From NCBI GenBank assembly GCA_038231135.1, contig JBBRLX010000012.1:32001-96000 (forward strand): DNA of 64,000 nt, read 5' to 3'. Position numbers and translations under genes: made by a program. How positions within the stretch are numbered: position 1 is the stretch's first letter; every line of letters begins with the position of its first letter. This stretch comes from Candidatus Eiseniibacteriota bacterium. Lineage in GTDB: Bacteria; Eisenbacteria; RBG-16-71-46. Of this stretch, positions 55,459-64,000 are shown piece after piece. The notes beneath the pieces are model-generated. The model was given only the letters and a program-made list of their open reading frames with translations, did no database searches and was not told the DNA's origin.

Positions 55459-57747
55459 CTACTCCGCCGCCATCACGCGCCGCTCGAGGCTCCGGAACCG
55501 TTCGTCGCCGCGAAGCGGGTCGAGGCGCGGGTGCACGCGGACCCACACCAGCGCGCGATCGCGCTCGCGGAACGCGCGTTCCAGCCACTCGATTGCCTGG
55601 TCGTTGTCTCCGAGACCCAGCAGGATCGCCGCGATCGCGTAAGCCGACACGAACCGGCGCGACGACTCGGCCTGCAGGTGCTCGAGGACGCGGCGCGCCT
55701 CGGCCGTGCGTCCGGCGCGGGCCAGCGTGTAGCCGATGCCGACCGACGCCAGCGGGTTCGCGCCGCTGATCAGCCGCGCGCGCTCGAACGCCTCCAGCGC
55801 CTCGTCGTACTGGCCCGCCTGCGACAGCACCCGGCCCACATCGTTGATCGCCTGATAGAACGCGGGATCGATCTCGATCGTGTGGCGCAGCACTGCCAGC
55901 GCCTCGTCGTAGCGTCGCGCGAAGAAGTACGAGTCGCCGAGCGTAGTACCCATGATCGGGGCCTGAGGGTCCATCTCGTAGGCGCGACGCGCCTCGTCGA
56001 TGCCGCGGTCGAACTCGCCGAGCGCGGACAGCAGCTCTGCGTACCATTGGTGCGCGGTGGGATAGCCGGGCTGGAGTGCCAGCGCCTTGTCGTACGACTT
56101 CCGCGCCGCCTTCCAGTCCCAGTCGTAGAACATCTGCAGGGATCCGAGCGATGTGTGGGCCTCACCGAGCTCGGGGTCGAGCTCCAGTGCACGCGCAAGG
56201 GCCGCCTTCGATTTCGCCGCGGCCTCGTGCGGCAGCATCGCGTTCATGTCGCCGAGCAGGTTGTAGGAATCCGCGATGCCCACGTACGGCTGCGGATAGT
56301 CGGGGTCGATCGCGATCGCCTGCTCGAACTGCGCGATGCCGCGGCGCATCTCGGTCTCGGTGCGGCGATTCCAATGGAACCGGCCCCGCAGATAGGCCTC
56401 GTACGCGCGCGGGTCGATCACCCGCGGCCCCCGCAGCCGAGATTCCTCGCGGGGCGTGAGCTGCACACTCACTTCCTTTGCCACGCTGCACGCTGCCTCC
56501 GCCTGCAGCTCGAGCACGCCAGCCGTGGTGCCTTCGTACTGCTGTGCCCACAGCAGCCGGTCCGCGACCGCGTCGATGAGCTGGACGCTGATGCGCACGT
56601 TGTCCGCCGAGCGCTGGACGGAGCCTTCGATCACGCCCTGCACTCCCAGCTCGCGCGCGATGTCCCGCACCGGCAGCGCCGTGTCCTTGTAGCGCATCGC
56701 CGTGGTACGCGAGATCACGCGCAGCGCTCCGATGCCGGCGAGGCTCGCGATCAGCGCCTCGGTCATGCCGTCGGCGAAGAACTCCTGCGCAGGATCGCCC
56801 GACAGGTTGACGAGCGGGAGCACGGCGAGCGATGTGATGGCGGCGCGTGCGCCCGGCACTGCCCCGGCCTCGTGGCGCGGCGGCACGGCGCTGCCGCCGC
56901 TGGTCGCGCGGGGCGCCCCGGCCATCTTGTCTTCGTTCCGCAGCTCCTCGGCGAGCTCCCTCGCGCTCGCGTGACGCTGCGCCGGATCCTTCGCGAGCGC
57001 ACACAACACGGTCGAGGCGAACGCCTCGGACAATTCCTGGTGGGACTTTCGCGGCGACACCGGCGGCCGGTTGGCGATCGCATAGAGCAGCGCGGCCACG
57101 GTGTCGCCGGAATAGGGCCGGCCTCCGGTCGCGAGCTCGTAGAGGATCAGGCCAAGCGCATGGAGGTCCGCGGCCGGCCCTATGTCGCCGCCCGCGATCT
57201 GTTCCGGCGCCATGTACGCCAGCGTGCCCACCAAGGCGAGCGGCGCGGTCGCCGAGCGGGTCGCGTCGAAGTCGGCCGTGGTGACGCGGGCGAGCCCGAA
57301 GTCGAGCACCTTGGCGCGACCGTCGGGCGTCACGACCACGTTTCCCGGTTTCAAGTCGCGATGCACGACGCCGTGCGCGTGGGCGGCAGCGAGCGCGTCG
57401 GCGATCTGGGCGCCCAGCTCGCGAACGCGCGCTTCGGACAGCGGTCCGGCGGCGGCGACCGTCGCCAGCGTGTCCCCCGGCACGTACTCCATGACCATGA
57501 AGTCGGCGCCGTTCTCGTGATCGAACTCGTACACCGTCGCGATGCCGGGATGATTGAGCCGCGACAGCGCGAGCGCCTCGGTCCGGAACCGGCCGCGGGT
57601 GGCCGCGTTCACGAGTGCGTCGGCATTGAGCATCTTGATCGCCACCTCGCGCTCGAGCCGCTCGTCCCGGGCCAGGTACACCACCCCCATGCCTCCCGCG
57701 CCGAGGCGCCGCAGGACGCGATAGTGCGAGATCACCGTGTCGATCAT
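55459..57747 (-). CDS. Hanks-type Ser/Thr protein kinase with TolB-N/FlgO-like domain and TPRs
   Basis: LGAGGMGVVY, VAIK, HRDLKPGN, DFG, YMAPE; SLAVLPLVNLSGDPAQEFFADGMTE; AYEAYLRG followed by TPRs. Confidence 0.93.
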   Translation of the reverse strand: MIDTVISHYRVLRRLGAGGMGVVYLARDERLEREVAIKMLNADALVNAATRGRFRTEALALSRLNHPGIATVYEFDHENGADFMVMEYVPGDTLATVAAAGPLSEARVRELGAQIADALAAAHAHGVVHRDLKPGNVVVTPDGRAKVLDFGLARVTTADFDATRSATAPLALVGTLAYMAPEQIAGGDIGPAADLHALGLILYELATGGRPYSGDTVAALLYAIANRPPVSPRKSHQELSEAFASTVLCALAKDPAQRHASARELAEELRNEDKMAGAPRATSGGSAVPPRHEAGAVPGARAAITSLAVLPLVNLSGDPAQEFFADGMTEALIASLAGIGALRVISRTTAMRYKDTALPVRDIARELGVQGVIEGSVQRSADNVRISVQLIDAVADRLLWAQQYEGTTAGVLELQAEAACSVAKEVSVQLTPREESRLRGPRVIDPRAYEAYLRGRFHWNRRTETEMRRGIAQFEQAIAIDPDYPQPYVGIADSYNLLGDMNAMLPHEAAAKSKAALARALELDPELGEAHTSLGSLQMFYDWDWKAARKSYDKALALQPGYPTAHQWYAELLSALGEFDRGIDEARRAYEMDPQAPIMGTTLGDSYFFARRYDEALAVLRHTIEIDPAFYQAINDVGRVLSQAGQYDEALEAFERARLISGANPLASVGIGYTLARAGRTAEARRVLEHLQAESSRRFVSAYAIAAILLGLGDNDQAIEWLERAFRERDRALVWVRVHPRLDPLRGDERFRSLERRVMAAE

Positions 57748-57814
57748 GGAGTGCAGGTTATCACCGCGGCGGCCCCGCTTCACGACGCGCGGCTTTGAGC
57801 GTAATCTCCCGCTC

Positions 57815-59014
57815 ATGGCCAAGTCCTACATCATCATCGGCGGCGGCAATGCCGCGGCTTCCGCAATCGAAGGCATTCGCGAGCACGATACCGACGGCTC
57901 GATCCTGTTGGTGTCGCGCGAGAACCATCTGCCGTACGAGCGTCCGCCGCTGTCCAAGGAGTTGTGGTTCGGCAAGAAGACGCTCGACGCGATCTCGCTG
58001 CACGACGAGGCGTGGTATCGCGAGCGCAGCGTCGAGGTCGCGCTGCGGCGCGAGGTCGTCGAAATCGATCCGGCACAGCATGCGGTGTGGGACGATCGCG
58101 GTGATCGCCACGACTACGACGCGTTGCTGATGGCCACGGGAAGCCGGCCGCGGCTGATGGGCGGAGCGGGAGTCGGAGTGGAAGGCATCCACTACTACCG
58201 GTCGCTCGAAGACTATCTGGTGCTCAGGGACCGGCTGCGCACGGTGCAGCACGTGCTGGTGGTGGGCGGCGGGTTCATCACGATCGAGATTGCCGCGGCC
58301 CTGCGCCACAACGGAGTCGAGGTCACGTTCGTCTACCCGCACGAGTATCCGCTGCAGCGCGTGCTGCCGCGCGAGCTCGGGCTGCACGTCGCCGAGTACT
58401 ACCGGGAGAAGGGCATCGAGACACTGTCGGGCGACGCCATCACCGGATTCGAGAATCGTCAGGGGCTGATCGAGGCGCAGACGCGCGGCGGGAATACGAT
58501 CACCACCCAGCTCGTGCTCGTCGGCATCGGCGTGGAGCCGTCGGTCGAGCTGGCCGAGGCGTGCGGCCTCGAGGTCGGCAACGGCATCGAGGTCGACGAA
58601 TTCGCGCGCACCTCGGACGCGAGCATCTGGGCCGCCGGCGACGTGGCCGGGTTCCCGTACCTGGCACTCGGCGAACGCACGCGCATCGAGCACTGGGACC
58701 ACGCGGAGCATCATGGGCGTGCGGCCGGGGCCAACATGGCCGGCGCGAACAAGCCGTACGACCACCTGCCGTTCTTCTGGTCGGACTTCTTCGACATGGG
58801 CTGGGAGGCGGTCGGCGACACCGATTCGAGCCTCGAGATGGACGTGATCTGGAACGAGCCGTTCAAGGAAGGCATGCTGTTCTACCTGCGCGAGGACGTC
58901 ATCCGCGGGGTACTGATGTGGAACATGTGGGAGAAGGTCGAGTGGGCGCGCGACCGGATTCGCGAGGCCCGGCCCAGCACTCATGCCGAACGCGAAGCCT
59001 GGGTGCACGGCTGA
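57815..59014 (+). CDS. FAD-dependent pyridine nucleotide oxidoreductase (ferredoxin/MDHAR-type reductase)
   Basis: IIGGGNAA, PYERPPLSKEL, ATGSRP, VGGGFI..E, IWAAGDVA, RIEHWDHA, PFFWSD. Confidence 0.9.
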   Translation: MAKSYIIIGGGNAAASAIEGIREHDTDGSILLVSRENHLPYERPPLSKELWFGKKTLDAISLHDEAWYRERSVEVALRREVVEIDPAQHAVWDDRGDRHDYDALLMATGSRPRLMGGAGVGVEGIHYYRSLEDYLVLRDRLRTVQHVLVVGGGFITIEIAAALRHNGVEVTFVYPHEYPLQRVLPRELGLHVAEYYREKGIETLSGDAITGFENRQGLIEAQTRGGNTITTQLVLVGIGVEPSVELAEACGLEVGNGIEVDEFARTSDASIWAAGDVAGFPYLALGERTRIEHWDHAEHHGRAAGANMAGANKPYDHLPFFWSDFFDMGWEAVGDTDSSLEMDVIWNEPFKEGMLFYLREDVIRGVLMWNMWEKVEWARDRIREARPSTHAEREAWVHG

Positions 59015-59036
59015 CGCGCGGAATGCGAGGTTCGTC

Positions 59037-59396
59037 GTGAGACACGTGTTGATTCTGACGCTGCTGATGGTGCTCGTTCCCGGCCCTGCGCCGGCGGGCG
59101 AGACGTTCGCGTGCAACCTCAGGGCGCTGACGCCCCGGGAGCGCGCCCGGCATGAAGAGCTGTCACGCATCCTGCTCGGAGCCGTACGAGAGCAGCAGGA
59201 GTTGCCGAACGGGTACGCGTTCCGCGTCGATCCGGGCCAGCTCGTGACTGCGGCGCGGTGGGTGTCGTTCGAGCGCCGCTGTTGCCCGTTCTTTTCGTTC
59301 GCGCTGGAACAGACCCGGGACGAGGGACCGCTGTGGGTGAAGGTCACGGGCCCGGCCGGCGTGAAACCGTTCATCCGCGCGGAATTCGGGATCTGA
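59037..59396 (+). CDS. Small exported Cys-motif protein (possible metal binding)
   Basis: GAGG RBS before GTG; signal peptide; FACNL..LT; ERRCCPFFSF. Confidence 0.65.
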   Translation: MRHVLILTLLMVLVPGPAPAGETFACNLRALTPRERARHEELSRILLGAVREQQELPNGYAFRVDPGQLVTAARWVSFERRCCPFFSFALEQTRDEGPLWVKVTGPAGVKPFIRAEFGI

Positions 59397-59400
59397 CGCG

Positions 59401-59835
59401 ATTCTTACCCGCGTTCCAGTTCTCGCCGCCCGAGTCGCCACGGTGCTGTTGTTCGCCGCCACGGCCGCGTTCGCCAGCACGACATGACGTCGATGACTGC
59501 CCCCGCGCACCCGATGAAGTTCGCCGGCCTTGGCCCGCATCACCGCGCGATCACCACTGCGTCGGAGCCGGCGCAGGGCTGGTTCGACCAGGGCCTGCGG
59601 CTGGTCTATGCGTTCAATCACGATGAAGCGCAGGCGCATCCGCAGGGCATGTATCAGATGTACGTGGCGCACAACCATCAGTTCCTGTGGGCGACGGCGA
59701 TGATGCAGGGGCGCAGCGCCGAGGCAATCTCCGCCGCCCAGGCCGCCGTCGAGCCGCTGTCGCTCGACCTGCTGGGAATGATCCCGGGCATGGACATGGT
59801 GCGCCGACGTGAAACTGACAGCCACCGACTACTAG
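59401..59835 (+). pseudogene. Collapsed remnant of a secreted TPR-family protein
   Basis: Signal-like segment out of frame; GLGPHHRAITT..AQGWFDQGLRLVYAFNHDEA joined directly to YVAHNHQFLWATAMMQGRS; plausible C-terminus ADVKLTATDY* in another frame. Confidence 0.65.
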
Positions 59836-61265
59836 CTGCCGCTCATGCCGCCGCCGGCCGTGGCGCCCTGCGTCGCGCCGGTTGCGGCACTCGCGGCCGC
59901 AAGCCGCCGCAGCGTGTCGCCCGCCTTGAGCCGCAGCCACGCGACCTGCGTGACGTTGCCGAGCGTGCTCGCCGCGATGCCGACGTAGAGGCCGATCCAG
60001 CGCTGCGACACCACGCCGAGCAGCAGCACGGCGAACACCGTGGCGAGGTAGACAACCATCGATTCCGTGATCCCGCGGGTCCGGCGGCCGTGGACGATGG
60101 CGCCCTGGTAGAGACTCATCAGCGCGCTGAGGCCGGGCAGCGGCACCGCGAACCACAGTCCGATCGACGCCAGCACGACGAGCGTCGCCGGCAGCGCCGA
60201 TACCGTGCCGAACCACACGTGTCCCAGCGGCGTCGCGGCCACGGCGAGCAACAGCGCCGAGGTCGTCGCCGCGAGGGCGAACGCGAACCTGGCGAGCGCG
60301 GGGCGGGCGCCAGGGCGTTCGAGCAGCGCCACCACCACCTCGTTGAACGCGAACCCCCCGCTGCGCACCGTGAACACGATGCCGTTGAGCACGGGCCACA
60401 CCGCCAGCGATTCGATGGCGCGCGGCATGCGGCTCATCGCGCCCGAGGTGAGCGGCATCGCGAGGAACATGCACATCGGCGTGATCGCGAGCGGCACGTA
60501 GAACCTCAGGAATCGCGCGAAGGTGAGCGGCTCGTCCGCGACGCCCCGGGCCGGCAGCTCGTGGCGCACCACCGGGCGCACGGCGAGCCCGGCGAACACC
60601 GCCTCGGCCATCACGCCGCACGTTACGGCGAGCGTGCCGACGACGATGCCGGGAATCGTGCGCACGGCGATGCCCGCGCCGAGCACCACCAGGTTGGCGG
60701 CGAGCCGGACGCCGGTGCCGATGCCCACCATCCGCGAGCGGCCGAAGCGGATCAGCACGCCCTGTTGAAATCTGCGATACGCGATCGACAGCGTCCACGG
60801 CAGCATGATGCGCAGCCCCAGCCGCGCCGGCTCCAGCACCTGGGGCGGTGGCGCGATCAGGCGACCGACGACCAGATCGTAGAGCGGAGTGAACGCGAGC
60901 AGCGCGTGGATCACGGTGGTGGCGCCGGCGGCGAGGAACATGAACCGGCGCACGAGGCGGTACGATTCGCGATCTCGCGACAGCGCGGTGGACGTCATGA
61001 GCAGCATGATGATCGGCGATTCGAGCAGCAGCGCGAGCGGGAACACCACGCCCCCGTAAGCTGCGAGGCTCACGGTCGGCTGCGCGAGGCGCGCCATGAT
61101 GGCGCTGACCGCCGGTAGCTCGAGGCCCATCAGCAGCCAGCTCGCGGCGAGCGGCCACCACGTCGCGACCACGGTGCGCTGCGTGACGGGTGCGGACGAG
61201 CCGGCGTGAGTCGACTCGCGGGCGGGCTGCGGAGCGGGCGCCGGCGGGCTTTCTCTGCGGCTCAC
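59832..61265 (-). CDS. MATE-superfamily / ANKH-like membrane protein
   Basis: WWPLAASWLLMGLELP, LAAYGGVVFPLALLLESPIIMLL, RRFQQGVLIRFG, FYVPLAIT; internal two-fold repeat; GTGA overlap with the DUF423 gene stop. Confidence 0.75.
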   Translation of the reverse strand: MSRRESPPAPAPQPARESTHAGSSAPVTQRTVVATWWPLAASWLLMGLELPAVSAIMARLAQPTVSLAAYGGVVFPLALLLESPIIMLLMTSTALSRDRESYRLVRRFMFLAAGATTVIHALLAFTPLYDLVVGRLIAPPPQVLEPARLGLRIMLPWTLSIAYRRFQQGVLIRFGRSRMVGIGTGVRLAANLVVLGAGIAVRTIPGIVVGTLAVTCGVMAEAVFAGLAVRPVVRHELPARGVADEPLTFARFLRFYVPLAITPMCMFLAMPLTSGAMSRMPRAIESLAVWPVLNGIVFTVRSGGFAFNEVVVALLERPGARPALARFAFALAATTSALLLAVAATPLGHVWFGTVSALPATLVVLASIGLWFAVPLPGLSALMSLYQGAIVHGRRTRGITESMVVYLATVFAVLLLGVVSQRWIGLYVGIAASTLGNVTQVAWLRLKAGDTLRRLAAASAATGATQGATAGGGMSGS

Positions 61266-61636
61266 GGCGCCGTGCGCCGGGCGCCGATCGCGAACGCGAT
61301 CCACCCCGCGAGCAACGCGAGCCCGCCGACCGGCGTGACGGCGCCCCACGCCGGCGTGCCCGTGATCGCGAGGATGTAGAGGCTGCCCGAGAACACCACG
61401 ATGCCCACTACGAACGCGGTGCCGGCGAACGCGAGCGCCGCGCTAGGCTCCCGCTCCCCGCGGCGCGTGAGGCCGAGTCCGATCAGTGCCAGCGAGTGGT
61501 ACATCTGGTAGCGCACGGCGGTCTCGAACGTCTGGGACAGCGCCGGATCGAGCCGGCCGCGCAGGAAGTGCGCGCCGAACGCGCCGAGCAGCACGCCGAG
61601 GAACGCGAACACGGCGCCGATGCGAATCGGGTTCAT
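61262..61636 (-). CDS. DUF423 (YgdD/TMEM256) membrane protein
   Basis: LGAFGAH, FETAVRYQMYHSLAL, FSGSLY, GAVTPVGG. Confidence 0.92.
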   Translation of the reverse strand: MNPIRIGAVFAFLGVLLGAFGAHFLRGRLDPALSQTFETAVRYQMYHSLALIGLGLTRRGEREPSAALAFAGTAFVVGIVVFSGSLYILAITGTPAWGAVTPVGGLALLAGWIAFAIGARRTAP

Positions 61637-61670
61637 CGTGGGTGTCCATTAGAAAGCGAGCACGTCGTCA

Positions 61671-61961
61671 TCAGGTCCGCTCCACCTCATCGAGGATCCG
61701 TGCCTGCACGCCCTGGGCGCTGCCGAATCCGAGCCCGCCGCCGACGCGGTCCCACATCTGCCTCAGCATCGGTAGAAATCGATCGGCCTGTTCGCGTGTC
61801 GCGAATTCCAGATTCACGATAACGAGGTCGGGATCGTCGGCCGCCCGATAGATCGCATGGCGCATCACGCCATGCTTCGCGCGCCCAAGCGGGTCGTTGT
61901 CGAACGCCTGCTTCCAAGCCTGGAAATCCTTGATTGGATGCTGAATGACGATCATTGCCAT
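61671..61961 (-). CDS. Small dimeric alpha/beta-barrel (ABM/cyclase-like) protein
   Basis: AGGAGG RBS; HPIKDFQAWKQAFDNDP, IYRAADDP, LEF. Confidence 0.7.
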   Translation of the reverse strand: MAMIVIQHPIKDFQAWKQAFDNDPLGRAKHGVMRHAIYRAADDPDLVIVNLEFATREQADRFLPMLRQMWDRVGGGLGFGSAQGVQARILDEVERT

Positions 61962-62166
61962 GTTAAGCCTCCTGAAGCGTTGCGTGCCGGGAGTCAAGAC
62001 GACACGATTGCTCAGGCTACTGCACGGGACAGCCTGCTCCAACCAGTTGTAAGAGAGCACCTGCTGCTTGCGTTCGAACGGCGAAGTGACCCAATGCATG
62101 CGAATAGTTCGTGGAGTGCCGACAACATCGGAGGATGCGATGCTAAGCTTCTACAGAAGATGACAC

Positions 62167-62685
62167 ATGGCTCGCCCCGGGTTGAATCTGACGGGGCCGC
62201 CCGCATGGACCGACATCCATCCCACGAACGACCCCGGCTCGAGCACGGAGAGCTTTGCTGAAGCGTACGACCCGCGCCGGGACCGCATGATCCTGTTCGG
62301 ATTCGCCTCCTGCGGCACGCACGACAATTGCGACCCGTTCACCAATCTTACGTACATGCTGACGTGGGAAACGCCTGTGACTGCCATCGCGCCGGCGATC
62401 GAGACGCGCATCGGGAGTGCAATCACGTTTGCTGCCGAATCCCGCCCGCGGTCGTCATGTGATCGAGTTCCGAATCGCGCCGAGCGACGCGGGGCGCTCG
62501 ATGGAAGTGTTCGCCGTCGGCGGCCGCAGGGTGTGGGGACGGACGATCACCGCGGGGCCCGGAGTCCAGCGTCTGGTGTGGGACGGCCGTGGAACGGGCG
62601 GTCGCCGGGCGCTCCCGGAGTCTATTTCGCGCGGCTCGTCACGGCCCGCGGTACGGCAACCACGCGATTCGTGCGCATCGACTGA
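62167..62685 (+). pseudogene. Truncated, frameshifted remnant of a Kelch-like plus FlgD-Ig secreted protein
   Basis: AYDPRRDRMILFG in one frame, LPNPARG..EVFAVGGRRV..LVWDGR in another, then PGVYFARL...RFVRID* back in the first frame. Confidence 0.65.
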
Positions 62686-62703
62686 TGCGCACGGCCCGGC
62701 CGG

Positions 62704-63606
62704 TCAGCTCACGTCGCGCCGCCCCTGCGGGTCGAGCGCGTCGCGCAGGCCGTCACCCAGGAAGTTGAAGCACAACAGCGTCGTCGACAGCGCGAGGCCG
62801 GGGAAGATCACCAGCCACGGGAACAAAGCGAGCAGTCGCGCGCCGTCCGACACCAGTGTGCCCCACGACGCTGCAGGCGGCTGGACGCCGAGCCCCAGGA
62901 ACGACAGGAACGCCTCCTGCAGAATCACCGCGGGCACCGTGAGCGTGGTATAGACGATCACCGGGCCCAGCGTGTTCGGCACGATGTGCTGGAAGATGAT
63001 GCGCCGGTCGCTGGCGCCCAGCGCGCGCGCGGCTTCGACGAACGTCTGGTTCTTGAGCGACAGCACCTGCCCGCGGACGATGCGTGCCATGGTGAGCCAC
63101 TGCACGAGCCCCAGCGCCACGAACAGCATGATCAGGCTGCGGCTGAAGAACACCAGCAGCAGGATCACGAGGAAGATGTACGGCAGCGAGTACAAAATAT
63201 CGACAAACCGCATCATCGCCTCGTCGATGCGCCCGCCGCGGTAGCCGGCGATCGCACCGTACGCCACGCCGATCAGCAGGCTCACCAGTGTTCCCACCAC
63301 GCCGACCAGCAGCGAGATGCGGCCGCCGTGGATCGTGCGTGAGAACATGTCGCGGCCGAGTTCGTCGGTGCCGAACCAGTGCGCGGCCGCCGGCGGCGTG
63401 GCGCTGAGCTTGAGGTCCTGCGCGGTCGGATCCTGAAGTCCCGGCAGCCACGGCGCGGTGATCGACAACGACGCCATGACCACGAGCAACACGGCGCCCA
63501 CGAGTGATGCGCGGTTGCGCCGCAGCCGCCGCCAGGCGTCCGACCACAACCCCGACGCGCGTTCGGGCAGCACGGCGACCGGCGCGGGGGCGAGCGCGGC
63601 ACTCAC
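62704..63606 (-). CDS. oppC: Oligo/dipeptide ABC transporter permease, OppC/DppC type
   Basis: WSDAWRRLRRNR, HWFGTDELGRD, ARIVRGQVLSLK..FVEAARALGA, EAFLSFLGLG, FNFLGDGLRDALDP. Confidence 0.93.
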   Translation of the reverse strand: MSAALAPAPVAVLPERASGLWSDAWRRLRRNRASLVGAVLLVVMASLSITAPWLPGLQDPTAQDLKLSATPPAAAHWFGTDELGRDMFSRTIHGGRISLLVGVVGTLVSLLIGVAYGAIAGYRGGRIDEAMMRFVDILYSLPYIFLVILLLVFFSRSLIMLFVALGLVQWLTMARIVRGQVLSLKNQTFVEAARALGASDRRIIFQHIVPNTLGPVIVYTTLTVPAVILQEAFLSFLGLGVQPPAASWGTLVSDGARLLALFPWLVIFPGLALSTTLLCFNFLGDGLRDALDPQGRRDVS

Positions 63607-64000
63607 GCCAGCTCCACTCGCGGGTCGAGCCAGGTGTACGCCAGGTCGACGAGCAGGTTCAGCGTCATGAGAAAGGCCGCATAGAACAGCACGACCCCCA
63701 TCACCAGCGTGTAGTCGCGGTTGAACGCGCCGTTCACCAGGTGGCGGCCGAGTCCGGGGATCGCGAAGATCGTCTCGACCACGATCGAGCCCATGATCAC
63801 CCGCGCCGCCGCCGGCCCGAGATACGACACCACCGGCAGGATGCCCAGCTTGAGCGCGTGCTTGAAGATCACCACGCGGTCCGACAGCCCCTTGGCGAAC
63901 GCGGTGCGAATGAAGTCCTGGCGCAGCACCTCGAGCATGCCGGCGCGCGTGAGCCGCGCGATGTAGGCGACGTAGGCGGTCGACAGCGTGAGCACCGGCA
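63603..64000 (-). CDS. oppB: Oligo/dipeptide ABC transporter permease, OppB/DppB type (3' part; gene begins beyond the window)
   Basis: IARLTRAGMLEVL, FIRTAFAKGL, VETIFAIPGLG, RDYTLV, NLLVDLAYTWLDPR. Confidence 0.92.
   Translation of the reverse strand, partial: PVLTLSTAYVAYIARLTRAGMLEVLRQDFIRTAFAKGLSDRVVIFKHALKLGILPVVSYLGPAAARVIMGSIVVETIFAIPGLGRHLVNGAFNRDYTLVMGVVLFYAAFLMTLNLLVDLAYTWLDPRVELA

Noticed and set aside
59484..61118. 544-aa ORF as an intact gene
   Set aside because: Only the first ~105 codons are protein-like (pseudogene remnant); the rest is antisense to the MATE/ANKH-like gene.
1..64000. CRISPR arrays, IS/transposases, integrases, prophage, rRNA/tRNA and known anti-phage systems
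   Set aside because: No regularly spaced repeats or diagnostic protein or RNA motifs were seen by eye. Short or divergent elements could have been missed.

Overview
GC-rich (about 70%) bacterial chromosomal segment with about 50 densely packed genes, many coupled by ATGA/GTGA overlaps. I saw no rRNA, tRNA, CRISPR array, transposase or phage genes. A TonB-dependent receptor, an Omp85-like barrel, secreted proteins with C-terminal FlgD-like Ig domains and a Ser/Thr kinase-TPR protein indicate a diderm. An FCB-adjacent lineage such as Ca. Eisenbacteria is plausible but is only an impression. Housekeeping and stress genes include ligD/ku, tag, deoD, recQ, arsC, solA, an ECF sigma/RskA pair, a rhomboid, MFS/MATE transporters and oppBC. 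Three loci stand out. (1) A TPP riboswitch precedes one ORF that fuses an inner-membrane sodium:solute symporter to an outer-membrane TonB-dependent receptor through an internal signal-peptide-like linker. (2) A nitrogen-assimilation operon encodes an FAD/4x[4Fe-4S] oxidoreductase, a type III glutamine synthetase and a ~2180-aa domain-permuted glutamate synthase whose Ntn catalytic Cys lies mid-protein. (3) A divergent locus pairs an Omp85-like barrel and a secreted atypical kinase-like protein with an NTT/TLC nucleotide transporter-HEAT fusion and a cNMP-binding protein. Several deletion- or frameshift-scarred gene remnants are also present. All family calls come from motif recognition by eye, not database searches.
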